From NCBI GenBank assembly GCA_951406725.2, contig OX597821.1, positions 68,448,001 to 68,512,000 of the forward strand: a DNA stretch of 64,000 bases, in the 5' to 3' direction. The translations under genes were made by a program, and so were the position numbers. The notes beneath the pieces were generated by a model. The model was not told where the DNA came from. It was given only the letters and a program-made list of their open reading frames with translations, and did not search any database. Positions within the stretch are counted from its first letter, which is position 1; every line of letters starts with the position of its first letter. Positions 13,491 to 26,192 of the stretch are shown in pieces. This DNA comes from Octopus vulgaris (taxonomy: Eukaryota).

Positions 13491-13860
13491 AATCCGAAAT
13501 CATCGATGTTCTGGCTCTGCCTCCCTTGCTGTAGGGAGCTTGTCTCCTTTGTCAGCCATTAGTTAAGCGCTTCCCCGTGATTAAAGTTGTTCTGACTTCG
13601 CTTTCTAGTAATGCTGGTGCTGACTAGCCCTCTTAGTCACTTTAGTAGCGTCTATACTTATATATATATATAGAAAGCGAAGTCAGAACAACTTTAATCA
13701 CGGGGAAGCGCTTAACTAATGGCTGACAAAGGAGACAAGCTCCCTACAGCAAGGTAGGCAGAGCCAGAACATCGATGATTTCGGATTTGACTAATCTTCA
13801 TCAGTGAATTCTCACCCGGTTACCGGGGGTTAACGCTAACTTGCTTTCTCAGGTTATAGA
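13487..13860 (-). mobile_element. PLE-like element with ~120-bp inverted repeat
   Basis: ~13487-13607 is the reverse complement of 13671-13794; minus strand carries CTGATGA-agattagtcaaatcc-GAAA. Confidence 0.55.
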
Positions 13861-13870
13861 GAATACCATA

Positions 13871-13973
<103 letters not shown>

Positions 13974-14003
13974 CACACACACATATATATATATACACAC
14001 ACA

Positions 14004-14052
<49 letters not shown>

Positions 14053-14324
14053 AGAGATTCCACACAGTTTCCATTAACCAAATTTGATCACAAAGCATTG
14101 GTCAGTTCCTGGGATTATGATATATCTTTCCCAATGTATCGTGCAGTGGGATTGAACCCGAAGCCATGTGATTGCAAAGCGAGTGTCTTAACCACGCTAC
14201 CATGCCTGCAATATAGATAAATTATTGTTCCTTCCATTCCAACACCTTTGGTTCCTTGTTAGTAATATGGATAAGCCAACGTTCGTCAATCGGCAAGAGA
14301 TTTAGCTGGACAACAAAAATATAC

Positions 14325-14648
14325 TTTTCTACTCAAGGCACAAGACCCGAAATTTTGGGTGAGGGGGAGGGCAGGCGATTAGATCGACCCCAGTACGTAA
14401 CTGATACTTGAGTTATCGACCCCGAAAGAATGAAAGACGAAGTCGATCTCGGCGGAATTTGAAATCAGAACGTAAAGACAGAGGAAATATTTATTTCTTT
14501 ACTACCCACAAGGGGCTAAACACAGAGGGGACAAACAAGGACAGACAAAGTCGACCTCAGTGGAATTTGAACTCTGAACGTAACGGCAGACGAACTACGG
14601 CTACGCATTTCGCCCAGCGTGCAAACGTTTCTGCCAGCTCGCCGCCTT
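14325..14648 (-). mobile_element. Compound SINE family A
   Basis: Two fused copies; flanking near-repeat aca.caaaaatata is a probable target-site duplication. Confidence 0.8.
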
Positions 14649-14688
14649 GTACAGCAAAAATATAGCTGTTAGACAAGAGGACTATCTT

Positions 14689-14906
14689 ATTTCCTTATCC
14701 TCCACATGGGACTAAACACAGAGAGAACAAACGGATTAAGTCGATTATATCGACCCCAGTGCGTAACTGGTACTTATTTAATCGACCCCGGAAGGGTGAA
14801 AGGCAAAGTCGACCTCGGCAGAATTTGAACTCACAACGTAACGGCAGACGAAATACCGGTAAGCATTTAGCCCGGCGTGCTAACGTTTCTGCCAGTTCGC
14901 CGCCTT
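14689..14906 (-). mobile_element. SINE family A with 16-bp target-site duplication
   Basis: acaagaggactatctt at 14673-14688 and 14907-14922. Confidence 0.9.
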
Positions 14907-15260
14907 ACAAGAGGACTATCTTGTCGCTTTATTTGTCTTGTCGCCAAAAATTTTTAAATAGTGATGGCCTGGTTTGTTGACGCCATACTCATTTTATCTG
15001 TCATTTAATTCGTCACTAAAACTTGCAGGTTTGTAAGATCTGGTGTGCCAGCGCTACGCTAACTTTTGTCTCTGTATCTCTTTTGTCACTAAATTTGGTC
15101 CAATGGAAATGGCTTAGATTATATAGCCAAGAATATGGTTCCAAATAAAATGTGAAAAGGTATATATTGATAAGAGGTAGAAAAAAATATACAATCAAGA
15201 ATTTGCTTCGCTATACATTGATTGGAAAGAGTCGGTTCACTAACAGCTTTTTCGTATTGC

Positions 15261-15475
15261 ACAAGGGTGCGGCAGAAATACCTCCAGCATTTGAAAGGTT
15301 GACAAAAGGAAAAAGAAACAAAATTTCTGAAAAATTAATTTTACTGTTGTTTAAACAAAGGGTTACAGATTTTGTTCATTAACTAAATAAAAACATCATT
15401 GGCACTTGCATAAGTTCATTAGCAACATATAGGTGAAAGTTTAAAATGTGGGAGGTATTTCTGCCGTACCCTGTA
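15261..15475. mobile_element. Tc1/mariner-type MITE
   Basis: TIRs agggtgcggcagaaatacctcc / ggaggtatttctgccgtaccctgta; no coding capacity. Confidence 0.75.
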
Positions 15476-16082
15476 ATTGTTGTAATTGTTGTTGTTGTTG
15501 TTGTTGTTGTTAATTCTAATCCTTATTCTTGTTCTTTTTATTCTTTTATTCAACGTGCTTGTTTAGCCATTGATCAATTTTGATCAGAAAGACCTAAAAC
15601 AAATGCAATTTGCTTGTAACCATCCCAGTTTCAGATAAAGTATATTGAAACCCTCCTTGTCCAGTGTATTCTTCCTTTTTTAGAACGGTACAATGTGTTT
15701 TCAGCGGAGAATTTGCTAGTACTTCGAACGACCACATACAAGCTTCTTCATCCGGTTAAGAGCTTCGTTGTTAGAAACCGGTGTTTCTGCCTGGTATAGG
15801 CCAGTGTGTCAGTTCTCTACATACTCCGAGTCAACGAGGGGCCCTTTGTGCAGTATCTCGGCCTTTCCGACAAGAAACTGCAATCAAATTTATCTTCCAG
15901 ATTACAACCTGATGTCTTAAAATAAGAGATACATTGAATACAGCAGTTCTATATACACAGAAAAGTAAAAGGGTCAAAGGTGAAAGGTGAAAGGCCTTTG
16001 ATTATAAATCTACTTGATCAAATCTTACCTGGGGCCGATTTATAACAGCAACGAAAACAACATACCTTGCTTGTCCCAAACA

Positions 16083-16435
16083 TCTTTCCGTTTTCTTTGC
16101 TTAAAATCTCGTTCCTGTTTTCTTTAATTAAAATCTCCTTCCAGGTTTCTTTTAATTAAAATGCATTTCCGGCTTTCTTTGACTACAACGTTTTTCCAGT
16201 TTTCTTGCTTAAAATATTCTCCTGGTTTCTTTTTCTTTTTCCATCTTTTTTTTTATGGATTGTTATTCATGGTTATTCATCGTTAAAAACAACCTTCAAG
16301 TTTTCATAGCTTGGAATGTCTTTCCGGGTTAATTATATTGTTTTGTTTTTTATTTGAAATACATTTTCATTTTATTTTTTCATTGAAATGTTATTTCGGT
16401 TTTCTTTGCTTAAAATAACCTTCCGGCTTTATTTG
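16083..16435. repeat. Degenerate ~27-bp minisatellite
   Basis: Recurring ttcc(g/a)gttttctttg/aattaaaat units. Confidence 0.6.
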
Positions 16436-16929
16436 ACAATGTTCCCTGCCCGAAACTAGTCTCTCCTCTATTTCACCACACGACAAAACATCTTTACTTC
16501 TTCTTACTCTCTCATCCGATATTTATCACCATCATATACTTTATCAGTTTACCTGATAGAAATACCAGCCAAACAGCCCTCAAATTGAAAATTATTGTTT
16601 TAAAGAGAAGAAAAATAACATAAACTAATACAGTCCATGTTTGAGAATAAAACTGGGATTGTTAAAGCTAGGACACATTGAATCATAGTTCTGTTAACAA
16701 AGCATAAACCCCAAAACATCACATCACACATATTGAAACCAACAACCTTTATCAAGAACCACACTAGAACAGTAGACTGTATTTGCTTCTGCAACCTTCC
16801 TCTACTCACCCTTTCGATTATACGATCTTGGCTTTTACCAAGGACTGCATCTCCAACAAAGAGACATGCAAGTAAATGTAAACCCGACGTAGAGTGAACG
16901 CACTTTCTGTCGTCAGACAAGCAGTGAGG

Positions 16930-17141
16930 TTTCTAATTTGGGCATAAGAAGAACATTTTGAGGGAAAGGGATTAGTCGATATCACCATACCAACATCTGA
17001 CTCATATTTCATTTTATCGACTTCGAAGAGATGTATGACAGAGCAGACCCCGGTAGGATTTGACCTCGGAATGTGATGATACCGAACAAATACCATTAGG
17101 CGTTTTCTGACGTTCTACCGATTCTGCCAGCTCGCCGTCTT
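16930..17141 (-). mobile_element. Diverged SINE family A
   Basis: Ends in ctgccagctcgccgtctt. Confidence 0.65.
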
Positions 17142-17199
17142 AATTGTTTCAAGCATTTATACACAATGCCTGGAATTTGGGGACACTGTTTGTTGATAG

Positions 17200-17317
17200 T
17201 GGCAGGAGGAGGAGGGATGACGATAGTGGCAGGAGGATAGTGGGGGAGGAGGAGGATGACGACGATGATGATGATGATGACGATGATGATGATGATGATG
17301 ATGATGATTACGACGAC

Positions 17318-17354
<37 letters not shown>

Positions 17355-17475
17355 ACGACGACGATGATGATGATAATGACGACGATGATGACGACGATGA
17401 TGACGATGATGATGATGAGATGACGATGACGACGATGACGATTGCGATGACGACGACGATGATGATGATGATGAT

Positions 17476-17510
<35 letters not shown>

Positions 17511-17562
17511 TGATGATGATGATGATGACGTTGACGGCGGCGGCGACGACGACGACGACGAC
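17200..17562. repeat. Compound (GAT)n/(GAC)n microsatellite
   Basis: Read directly; the poly-D/M/S/H ORFs are artefacts. Confidence 0.95.
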
Positions 17563-17958
17563 AATAAGGATGACAGAGTTGGTTACCTGTTTCAAAAGAG
17601 CAGCGGGAGAGCCTGTATTAGCAGAGGATATAACTTTGTGTAGATTAACGGTACCGTTCCCATTCGGTGAATCAATAATTCAAGAATGCGCCAAAGTTTA
17701 CAGTTGATGCTGTCTCATAAAGATAACCTATCTGACATACCAGGGAAAGACAATACATGTGTGTGTGTGTGTGTGTGTGTGTATACGTATACACACATGC
17801 GCGCACACGTACACACACACACACACACACATATTAATATTTCACTTAGGCATCGCGATGCTAACAACCTAGAGCGGAGACACAAATGAAGTGATATACA
17901 TGTATATACACATAGACACTTATACGAACATATATGTATGTGCTGTGTGCGTGTACAA

Positions 17959-18003
<45 letters not shown>

Positions 18004-18110
18004 TATATATATGTGTGTGTGTGTATGTGTATGTATGTATATAAAAATATGTATATATATGCATATATATATATATATATTGAAAGAGGGATAGATAGGT
18101 AGATATAGAT

Positions 18111-18178
<68 letters not shown>

Positions 18179-18358
18179 GTTTGTATATATATATGTATAT
18201 ACATATATATATATATTGAAAGAGGGATAGATAGATAGATAGATAGATACATACATACATACATAATCATATATATTAATACACAAATATATATATATAT
18301 ATATTTCTGTGTGTCTACTTGTGTGTATATACGTGTACGATATGTTTGTATGTGTGTG

Positions 18359-18391
<33 letters not shown>

Positions 18392-18674
18392 TTGTGTATG
18401 TGTGTATGTGTATGTGTATGCAAGTATGTATGTATGTATATAGCATTCAAACACACATATACATACATACATATGTCAATGCGCTCGCGCGTGTGTATGT
18501 GTGTGCATTAGAGTGGGAGAAAGGGATAAGTACCTCAATTTGAAATTGGAAATACATTACGAGTGCCCTGTTGAATATTTCATTGTTAAATTGGTGGAAC
18601 GTGTGTTTATCCACTTCTGTACAACGACATAGTCTCCAATAAGTGTCATTTCTTTTCCGTATCTTTGAAAATTA

Positions 18675-18705
<31 letters not shown>

Positions 18706-18838
18706 CACAAATTACGCATACATAAAGAAGCACATACATACATACACACATGTATACCACTTCACACCGCTACTGCCAATATGACTTTTGATAGAAAATA
18801 AACTCACACTCACACACACACACACACACATATGCGTA

Positions 18839-18955
<117 letters not shown>

Positions 18956-19393
18956 GAGCATATATGCACATGAGCGCACTCACACAATGGACAAGAACTC
19001 GCACGCGCACTCTCACTCCCTCTAGCTGACACACATACACACACACACACACAAACGCATACTTTCACTGGGTGAATTGGCTGAATCGCTCCAGCGTCGG
19101 ATAGATTATTTTGCGGTATTATTCGGTCCGGGCTTTTTACTATAAGAGTTCAAATACCACTGAGATCAATCATGCTCTTTTTATTTCTTTGCCAGTAATG
19201 GTAGAAGCCGTAAACTACTTTTCGAAAACCAGATAAGAGGTGTTTGCCGCAGCTACATATATTTGGTGCATTTGGAGCTATCAATTGAAGTTGAGATTTC
19301 CATGTCTGGTATTCCTTCCCACTTTTGCATTAAAATCTCCAAGGACAGCCAACGTATGACCTGTTGGCTCAGTATCCAGCTGTCTATGTAGTG

Positions 19394-20013
19394 CAATGTT
19401 TCTCGATCTTTTTTACCCTTGCGTAACCCTTAAAATACGAACATGTTTCAAGGAACCCCTGCACAAAAAAATTATATACCATATCTTCTCATTTTTTTTC
19501 ATCGTACTTTACTTGGTAAATATCATATATATACATATATATAAATGAAATAATAAGGGTAGAAATTGATATTAATCAATTAAAACCAGTGGCTTAGCAT
19601 ATTTAAAAAAATCCAAAGATTAAAAATCTTGTTACATACAAAATTAGGAGGAATGACCACTAAAGTGGACACCTAATATGCTAAACAAAAGTTGACGTCT
19701 ATGTTTAGCATATTAGGTGTCCACTTTAGTGGTCATTTCACTTAATTTTGTGTATATATACATACATATGTATATATACATACATATATATATGTATTGA
19801 TAACTGGTTTAAGAAAAAAATTAATACTTCTTTGATAACATAATAGGATGATGTCTATGTTCCATTATTACAATAACCAATAATATACTGTGCGTGTATA
19901 GTAATATTACGATCATGAAATTAGCATTAGCTTATCTCACTCTTTCTCGCGGAACCCCGCGAAACGTTTTGCGAAACCCTAGGTTTCCGGGGAAACCCGG
20001 TTGAGAAACGCTG
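19394..20013. mobile_element. hAT (Charlie-like) MITE with 8-bp TSD
   Basis: Ends caatgtttctc / gagaaacgctg; perfect TSD atgtagtg at 19386-19393 and 20014-20021. Confidence 0.8.
19633..19756. repeat. ~55-bp-arm inverted repeat next to (TA)n
   Basis: aatgaccactaaagtggacacctaatatgctaaaca / tgtttagcatattaggtgtccactttagtggtcatt. Confidence 0.85.
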
Positions 20014-20660
20014 ATGTAGTGTGTCATACAATTCCTCCTCATTATTCTGCTCATATGCCATCGTATGAGCATTGTTACATTAAAGTAAGTTACATTTCAA
20101 TTTATATTTAGGGCTAGTCTCGTTTTCATTGGCCTATCGAATATGGTTACAGGAGGTTACTCCAGTCTATTGACAAGAGAGACCAGGATGTCTCGATCAA
20201 CACTAGCTCCACTTTGTATGGCGTCAGTACTTCCCTAACCAGAAGCTGTAATTTTACTCACGTCTTCCATCTCTGTTATTTGTTTGACAGAGCAACCAAG
20301 TCTACACTATAGCGCGGTGCTCGGACCTTCCAGTATTGGTTACACCCAACAACATTCGGAAGTTCCACGAGGTTAAGAAAATTTTGGCTTGTTTATTCTT
20401 ACAGATCATTTTTTTAAAAATTATATTTTTGTTACCAATTACATAGAAACCCAAAGGGTGTGGTTTTCCCCTTGCGTTAGATTTCGTTGAAAGGCTAGTT
20501 TTTCTATCCCTTCTAATTTTCATTGGGAGGTCTCGGGAAAGGGTCAGGGATTGCAATCTCTAAATATGGCTGCCTGATCATTTGAGCAGGATCCCATATA
20601 GCTAACATTTTTCTACATACGATCATCACACTCAAATCGCTAATATGTAGACATGTATTG

Positions 20661-20697
<37 letters not shown>

Positions 20698-20817
20698 TAA
20701 GCGCTCAGTATGCATATTTATTAGTTTGAGTCACTTTGACGAAAACTCCTTCTATCCTTTATATATATATGTGTGTGTGTGTGTATGTGTGTATGTGTGT
20801 ATGTATATATATATATT

Positions 20818-21116
20818 AGTTATCGCCATACTAATATGGCATTCTTATAAAAATAAGAAAAAAGCTGTCCGCTTATTAGCTCCATGAGGCCATCGCCTTA
20901 AGTTAGCTATTTGATACACAAACTGTATCCATATAACCTTCGAACAAGGGAGGTCAGTCGCTCCACACTACTTGACTGGCAGCTACATGGAGCTAATAAG
21001 CGGACAGCTTTTTTCTTATTTTTATAAGAATGCCATATTAGTATGGCGATAACTATTATTTTCCGGGAACGCTGCCGCTGTTCTCTTTTAGAGAGACTTA
21101 GTTATTTTAATATTTC

Positions 21117-21120
<4 letters not shown>
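20818..21120 (+). mobile_element. Non-coding element with 69-bp inverted arm, in (TA)n (PLE-like architecture)
   Basis: 20818-20886 is the exact reverse complement of 20986-21054; (TA)n on both sides. Confidence 0.55.
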
Positions 21121-21167
<47 letters not shown>

Positions 21168-21206
21168 TATGTCTGTGTGTGTCTGTGTATATGTATACAT
21201 GCATAT

Positions 21207-22460
21207 ATCAGGTCATCCCATAAGTTCTGTTCGAATTTTGAATAGAGAAAACAAGTGATCAAATGTTATATTTAATTGAAATTTAATCATCAATGTACTT
21301 TCCATGATTATCTATGACTTACTTCCATCTATTTACAAGCTTTTTAATCCCATCAATGTAAAACTCTTTTGGTTTCAAATCGAAGAACTCTGAAATGTCA
21401 GTTTCGACCTCCTCCTGGCTTGCGAAAATTATGTCACCCAAATGATTCTGTAAACTACGAAACAAACGGTAATCTGAAGGAGCAAGGTCGGGAGAATAAG
21501 TTGGATGAGGAATTTTTTCCCAATCATGCTCTTCGATCTTCTCTGATGTGATCTTCTCTGATGTGATCTTTGCTGTGTGGGGTCGTACATTGTCCTGGTG
21601 AAACATCACTCCTTTTCGATTCACTAAAGCGGGTCTTTTTTCTCCAAAGCTTGGTTCAAACGCTCTAATTGCTGACAGTAGACTTGAGCATTGATTGTTG
21701 CATTAGGTGGTAACAATTCAAAGTGAATTACTCCTTTGTAATCCCACCAGATAGGGAGAAGAACCTTTTTCCCATGAAGTTCCCTTCTCGGTAGTGGTTG
21801 AGCGTTCTCCCTTTTACCAAGCCGCTGTTTACGACGTTTAACATTTCGATAGAATATCCATTTTTCGTCACCAGTCACAAGTCTATCCAAAAAGGGTGAA
21901 ATGAGTTCGCAAGAATGGAGAGAAGAGCAGATGTCAACTCGAGATTTGCGGTTGCTTTCGGACAATTCATGAGGCACCCATTTTCCAAGTTTAGGAACCT
22001 TTCCAAGATGACGATTAACAGTTGCATGGTTTGAACTAAGCTTTATTTCCAATTCTTCAACTGATAATGCAGGATTTTCTTCAAGTAATCCCTCAAGGAG
22101 TTTATCATCAAACTCAACTGGGCGTCCTGTTCGATCTTCATCTTCAAGGTTGAAATCTCCACTTCTGAATTTTGCAAACCATCTTCTGCAAGTTCTTTAA
22201 TTCAAGCACTTGGCTACATAGTTTCCTTTTTTGTACTCATAAAGCATTATGTACCTTAAATGCTCTTTGAATACTTCCATGTTAAAAAGAGTTTTAATCA
22301 AAGAAATTTTAGCTTTTAATGGGTCACGATTATTTAAATGCTCTCAAAAAAGGCCTAAGAGTCTTGACGAATATTGTCCCAGATATTTTTTTAATTGTGC
22401 TTCATTGCACTTCTTTGCGTTATATCGACAGTAAAGCAGTTTCCATTGGTTGATAATCCG
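21207..22460 (-). mobile_element. Decayed mariner (DD34D) transposon
   Basis: WVPHEL, LVTGDEKW, HQDNVRPH and HPTYSPDLAPSDY motifs in frameshifted ORFs 21319-22052; TIR-like tatcaggtcatcccataagtt at 21207; other end approximate. Confidence 0.9.
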
Positions 22461-22519
22461 CTGTTTAGCCATACTGCACAGTTAAAACAACTCAATTTGA
22501 TGTTACAATGCAACAATGG

Positions 22520-22631
22520 AGATTTAGGTGCTTCGCTCATAAACACACACATCGCTCGGTCTGGGATTCGAACCCGTGATCCCTCGACCGCGAGTCCGCT
22601 GCTCTAACCACTAGGCCATGTGCCTCTACAT
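22520..22631 (-). mobile_element. tRNA-derived SINE head, family D
   Basis: Reverse complement ggcctagtggttagagcagcggactcgcggtcgagggatcacgggttcgaatccc. Confidence 0.75.
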
Positions 22632-22829
22632 TAGAAACAATGTTGAGTTTAAATTTCTGTTTGTTGGTGGTACAGTGCTGAGTGTATAATGTGGTTTATT
22701 GAGTACAGGGAGGGAACAATGTCGTGTGTATAATATACTGTGTTGAATACAATGATCAACAATAAGTGTACAGTATAGTTTGCTGAGTAGTGACTGGCTG
22801 GTGACATTTTGATGCTAAGAAGACAAAGC

Positions 22830-23540
22830 TTTTATCAATGAATCGTTTTAGGCATCACTTCTTCCCTTCATTGCTATGGCCTGGATTTATCTTTCAGAAT
22901 GCTACGGTATCCATCTTTTTGATTTGACTTTGACGAAGGATCTCTCTTGGAACAAATATATTGAGTCCCATTAACATGTCATCAGCTAAGAAATTTGGAT
23001 CTCTCTCCCGTGCTCGCAAATTTCTTACACCTGAGATGTTGTACCAATGAGACCACCGTTCGACATTGCATTGAATATTCCTGTCATCTCTGGGCTGCTA
23101 CCTCCTCTGAGTGCCTTAATTCGCTTAGTCGAATTCAGAGTCAAGTTAACATGGTCGGTCCTCTTTTGACTACTAAGTCGGAGTCTTTAGTGAATTGTCG
23201 AAATGTACTTTCACTGTCTCTTATCGAAAGTATTTCTATGATCATTGCTCTGATGAACATTCTGGTATAGTGCTTCCTGTCAAGACCTTTAAACGTGCCA
23301 CCCGTATCACTTCCCAGGTGCATCGTTTCTCTCTTGAGTTTCCCAATCTTTTTTGATCTCGTAGCTTCTTTCTTCAAACTGATACTCGCTGAAACTTCCT
23401 ACCGTCCTTTAGTTTTCCTCTGCTCTATGATATTCAGTCCTTTAAGCTTTCTGTCAATCAACATCTTCCTTTTTCTTCCTAGTAGTTCTTTATGCTACAG
23501 TGACTTCGAGCCTTGTTTGGAAGAAAATTGTATAAAAAAA
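22830..23540 (+). mobile_element. Decayed CR1/Jockey-group LINE 3' fragment
   Basis: IEYSCHLW...LSRIQ resembles the post-RT LEY.S..W...L.RVQ motif; ends in a short A-tract. Confidence 0.5.
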
Positions 23541-23641
23541 GCAGTGAACAATGTTGAGTGTACAGTATTGTGTGAACATTATACAATACTGGCTGTACAT
23601 TGTATGATATTGTGTTTATATTGTACAGTATAGGCAGGGAA

Positions 23642-23981
23642 TGAAGGCGCATGGCTCAGTGGTTAGAGCGTCGAGCTTACGATGGTGAGGTTGTGAGTTC
23701 GAATTCCGGATCGGGCTGCGTGTTGTGTTCTTGAGCAAGATACTTTATTTCACGTTGCTCCAGTTCACTCAGCTGTAGAAATGAGTTGCGAAGTCACAGG
23801 TGCCAAGCTGTATCGGCCCATTTGCCTTTTTTCTTGAATAATATCGGTGGCATGGAGGGGAGAGGCCGGTATGCACGGGCGACTGCTGGTCTTCCATAAA
23901 TAACCTTTCCCGGACTGATACCTGGGGGAGGGTAACTTTCTAGGTGCAATCCCATGGTCAGTCATGACCGAAGGAGGTCTC
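23642..23981 (+). mobile_element. tRNA-derived SINE, family C
   Basis: ggctcagtggttagagcg...gagttcgaattcc head, CORE-like cttgagcaag; paralogs at 26505, 39460, 44572. Confidence 0.85.
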
Positions 23982-24061
23982 AGCATAGGTAGGGAGCATG
24001 TTGGGATTTGGGTGTACGGTGTACAGTATTTAGTGCAATAGTACGTTAGAGAGTTTTGAAT

Positions 24062-24276
24062 ATTCTTTTCTACTCTAGGTACAAGGCCCGAAATTTGGGG
24101 GGAAGGGCTCAGTCGATTAGATCGACCACAGTACGTAACTGGTGCTTAATTTATCGACCCCGAAAGGATGAAAGCAAAGTCGACCACGGCAGAACTTGAA
24201 CTCAGAACGTCAAAACAGACGAAATACCGTAAAGCATTTCGCCTGGCGTGTTAACGTTTCTACCAGCTCGCCGCCG
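24062..24276 (-). mobile_element. SINE family A
   Basis: Full reverse-complement copy. Confidence 0.85.
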
Positions 24277-24449
24277 TATAGAACGTTGAATATTCGGTGC
24301 ACAATTTGTCGTACAGTCTTGAGTGTAAGCATGTAGTATAAAATGATATGGGTTGAGCATTCAGTAAACGGTTATCAGTGTATATTGCTATTATACTCAA
24401 GGTTATGCAGACATAATTTGCTATGTTATATGCAATATTATATCTGTGT

Positions 24450-24570
24450 AAGGCGGCGAACTGGCAGAAACGTAAGCATGCTGAGCAAAATGCTTAGCGG
24501 TATTTCGTCTGCCGCTACACTCTGAGTTCAAATTCTGCCGAGGTTGACTTTGCCTTTCATCCTTTCGGGA
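24450..24570 (+). mobile_element. Truncated SINE family A
   Basis: aaggcggcgaactggcagaa...gcctttcatcctttcggg. Confidence 0.8.
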
Positions 24571-24599
24571 CACAGGTATCAGATTGATCGGCCACGGCC

Positions 24600-24950
24600 T
24601 GGTGGCCGATCAGTCTGATACCTGCTCTGAAGGCTCTGCCGAAAGTCGAGCACAGGTGGTCTATTTGGACTGAAGGCTAGGGGCTGGCTCTGGACTTGCG
24701 ATGTTCACGTTTCCATTGTGACCCACACCCCGCATTCTTGTTCTGTTCACAAAAGGTGGCATCTCAGTCGGTGCAGCTTCGCCAGGTAGGACGGTCTTGC
24801 ACTTTCGCTTCACAGGTGTCGCGCTTGATCTCGAAGCACTTCAGTGGAGCTTCGAGTGCTTCCCTGAGACGCTTTTTCTGTCCATCTTGCGCTTGCCTTC
24901 CACCAGTTCGCCGTAAAACAGCTTCTTGGAGAATGGCGTGCCAGGCATTC
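24600..24950 (-). mobile_element. RTE LINE 3' fragment
   Basis: GGRQAQDGQKKRLREAL...DTCEAKVQDRPTWRS followed by a C2H2-like remnant. Confidence 0.7.
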
Positions 24951-25482
24951 AACAAAGTGGCTGGTAACTATGTTGAACGAATAGTGTTACAGTGTGTCTA
25001 AATTAGTGCACAGCATATAGTGTGCAGTAATACGTTGAATATAGGTTGACTGTGTGTTGCAATTTACAGTGTATAAACGTACATCATTTACAAAAGAAAC
25101 TTTTCGTTATATTTTATAGAAATCAATATCTTCCATTCCCGATATTTTTTTAATGAATATCTTCATATATATATACACGAGTTTGTGTGAGTGCGTGTAC
25201 GTGAAAGGTCGGTGAAGGGGATGTTGAGTCTCGAAACGAACGATAATAGACAAAGAAAAGAAGTAAAAGTGTGGTTAAAAGAAAATATAGAGCGATTGAG
25301 GTAGAATGAATAGTGACAACATCAACAGACTTGCAGGCAAGCAGACAGACATACATTATTATCACAGAGTCGGCGAAAAGAAGAAATACATATGAGTATA
25401 TATATATATATATACTCATATAAAGACGTCTATACATCTATAGTTAGATAGGTGTACATATATACACATATGTACATAAATA

Positions 25483-25535
<53 letters not shown>

Positions 25536-25799
25536 ACACATATATATAGAGAGAGAGAGAGAAGGAGGAAGAGGGAGAGAAGTAAGATAGAGAGAGAATG
25601 AGAGAATGAGAAAGAGAGAGAGAGAGTGAATGGAAAGTTTTGCTCAAGGTCACAAAGATAAAAACCATTTAGAACTGAAGTTGAATAGCAAAGCAAAACT
25701 CTATTTCGAAAACATCAACACTAATCTCACTTAGGATGACATATTTTTGGTAAATACCATCCACAGACAACCTTTGACCTTCACAATGGTTTCGTTGTT

Positions 25800-26011
25800 A
25801 TTTTTGCTACTGTTATTGTTGTTACTGATGACGACGACGACGAATGCGGCGAGGAGGAGGGGGAAGAGGAGGAGGGCAGTGATGGTAGTGATGATAATGA
25901 GGGTGATGGTGGTGGAGACGTTGATATTGATGAGGATGATGGTGGTGGTGGTGGTGGTGGTGGTGGTGGTGGTGGTTGTAGTGCCGCTGCTGCTGCTGTT
26001 GTTGCTACAGC

Positions 26012-26060
<49 letters not shown>

Positions 26061-26116
26061 GGTGGTGGTGGTGGTGGTGGTTATAGTGCCTCTGCTGCTA
26101 CTGTTGCTGCAGCAGC

Positions 26117-26154
<38 letters not shown>

Positions 26155-26192
26155 GTAACGATGATGAGGATAATGACGACTACGACGACCAC
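25800..26192. repeat. Compound trinucleotide microsatellite (GGT/GCT/GAT) with a duplicated block
   Basis: The (GGT)n-gtgcc-(GCT)n-(GAT)n module occurs twice. Confidence 0.9.

Larger units (their letters stand above)
19200..20590 (-). mobile_element. Decayed RTE-type LINE, APE endonuclease region, split by a hAT MITE
   Basis: Minus-strand HTLAVLGDFNAKVG motif at ~19320-19360; flanks rejoin across the 19394-20013 insertion. Confidence 0.55.

Noticed and set aside
17144-17707. Acidic poly-Asp/Met ORF
   Set aside because: Pure trinucleotide microsatellite, open in several frames on both strands
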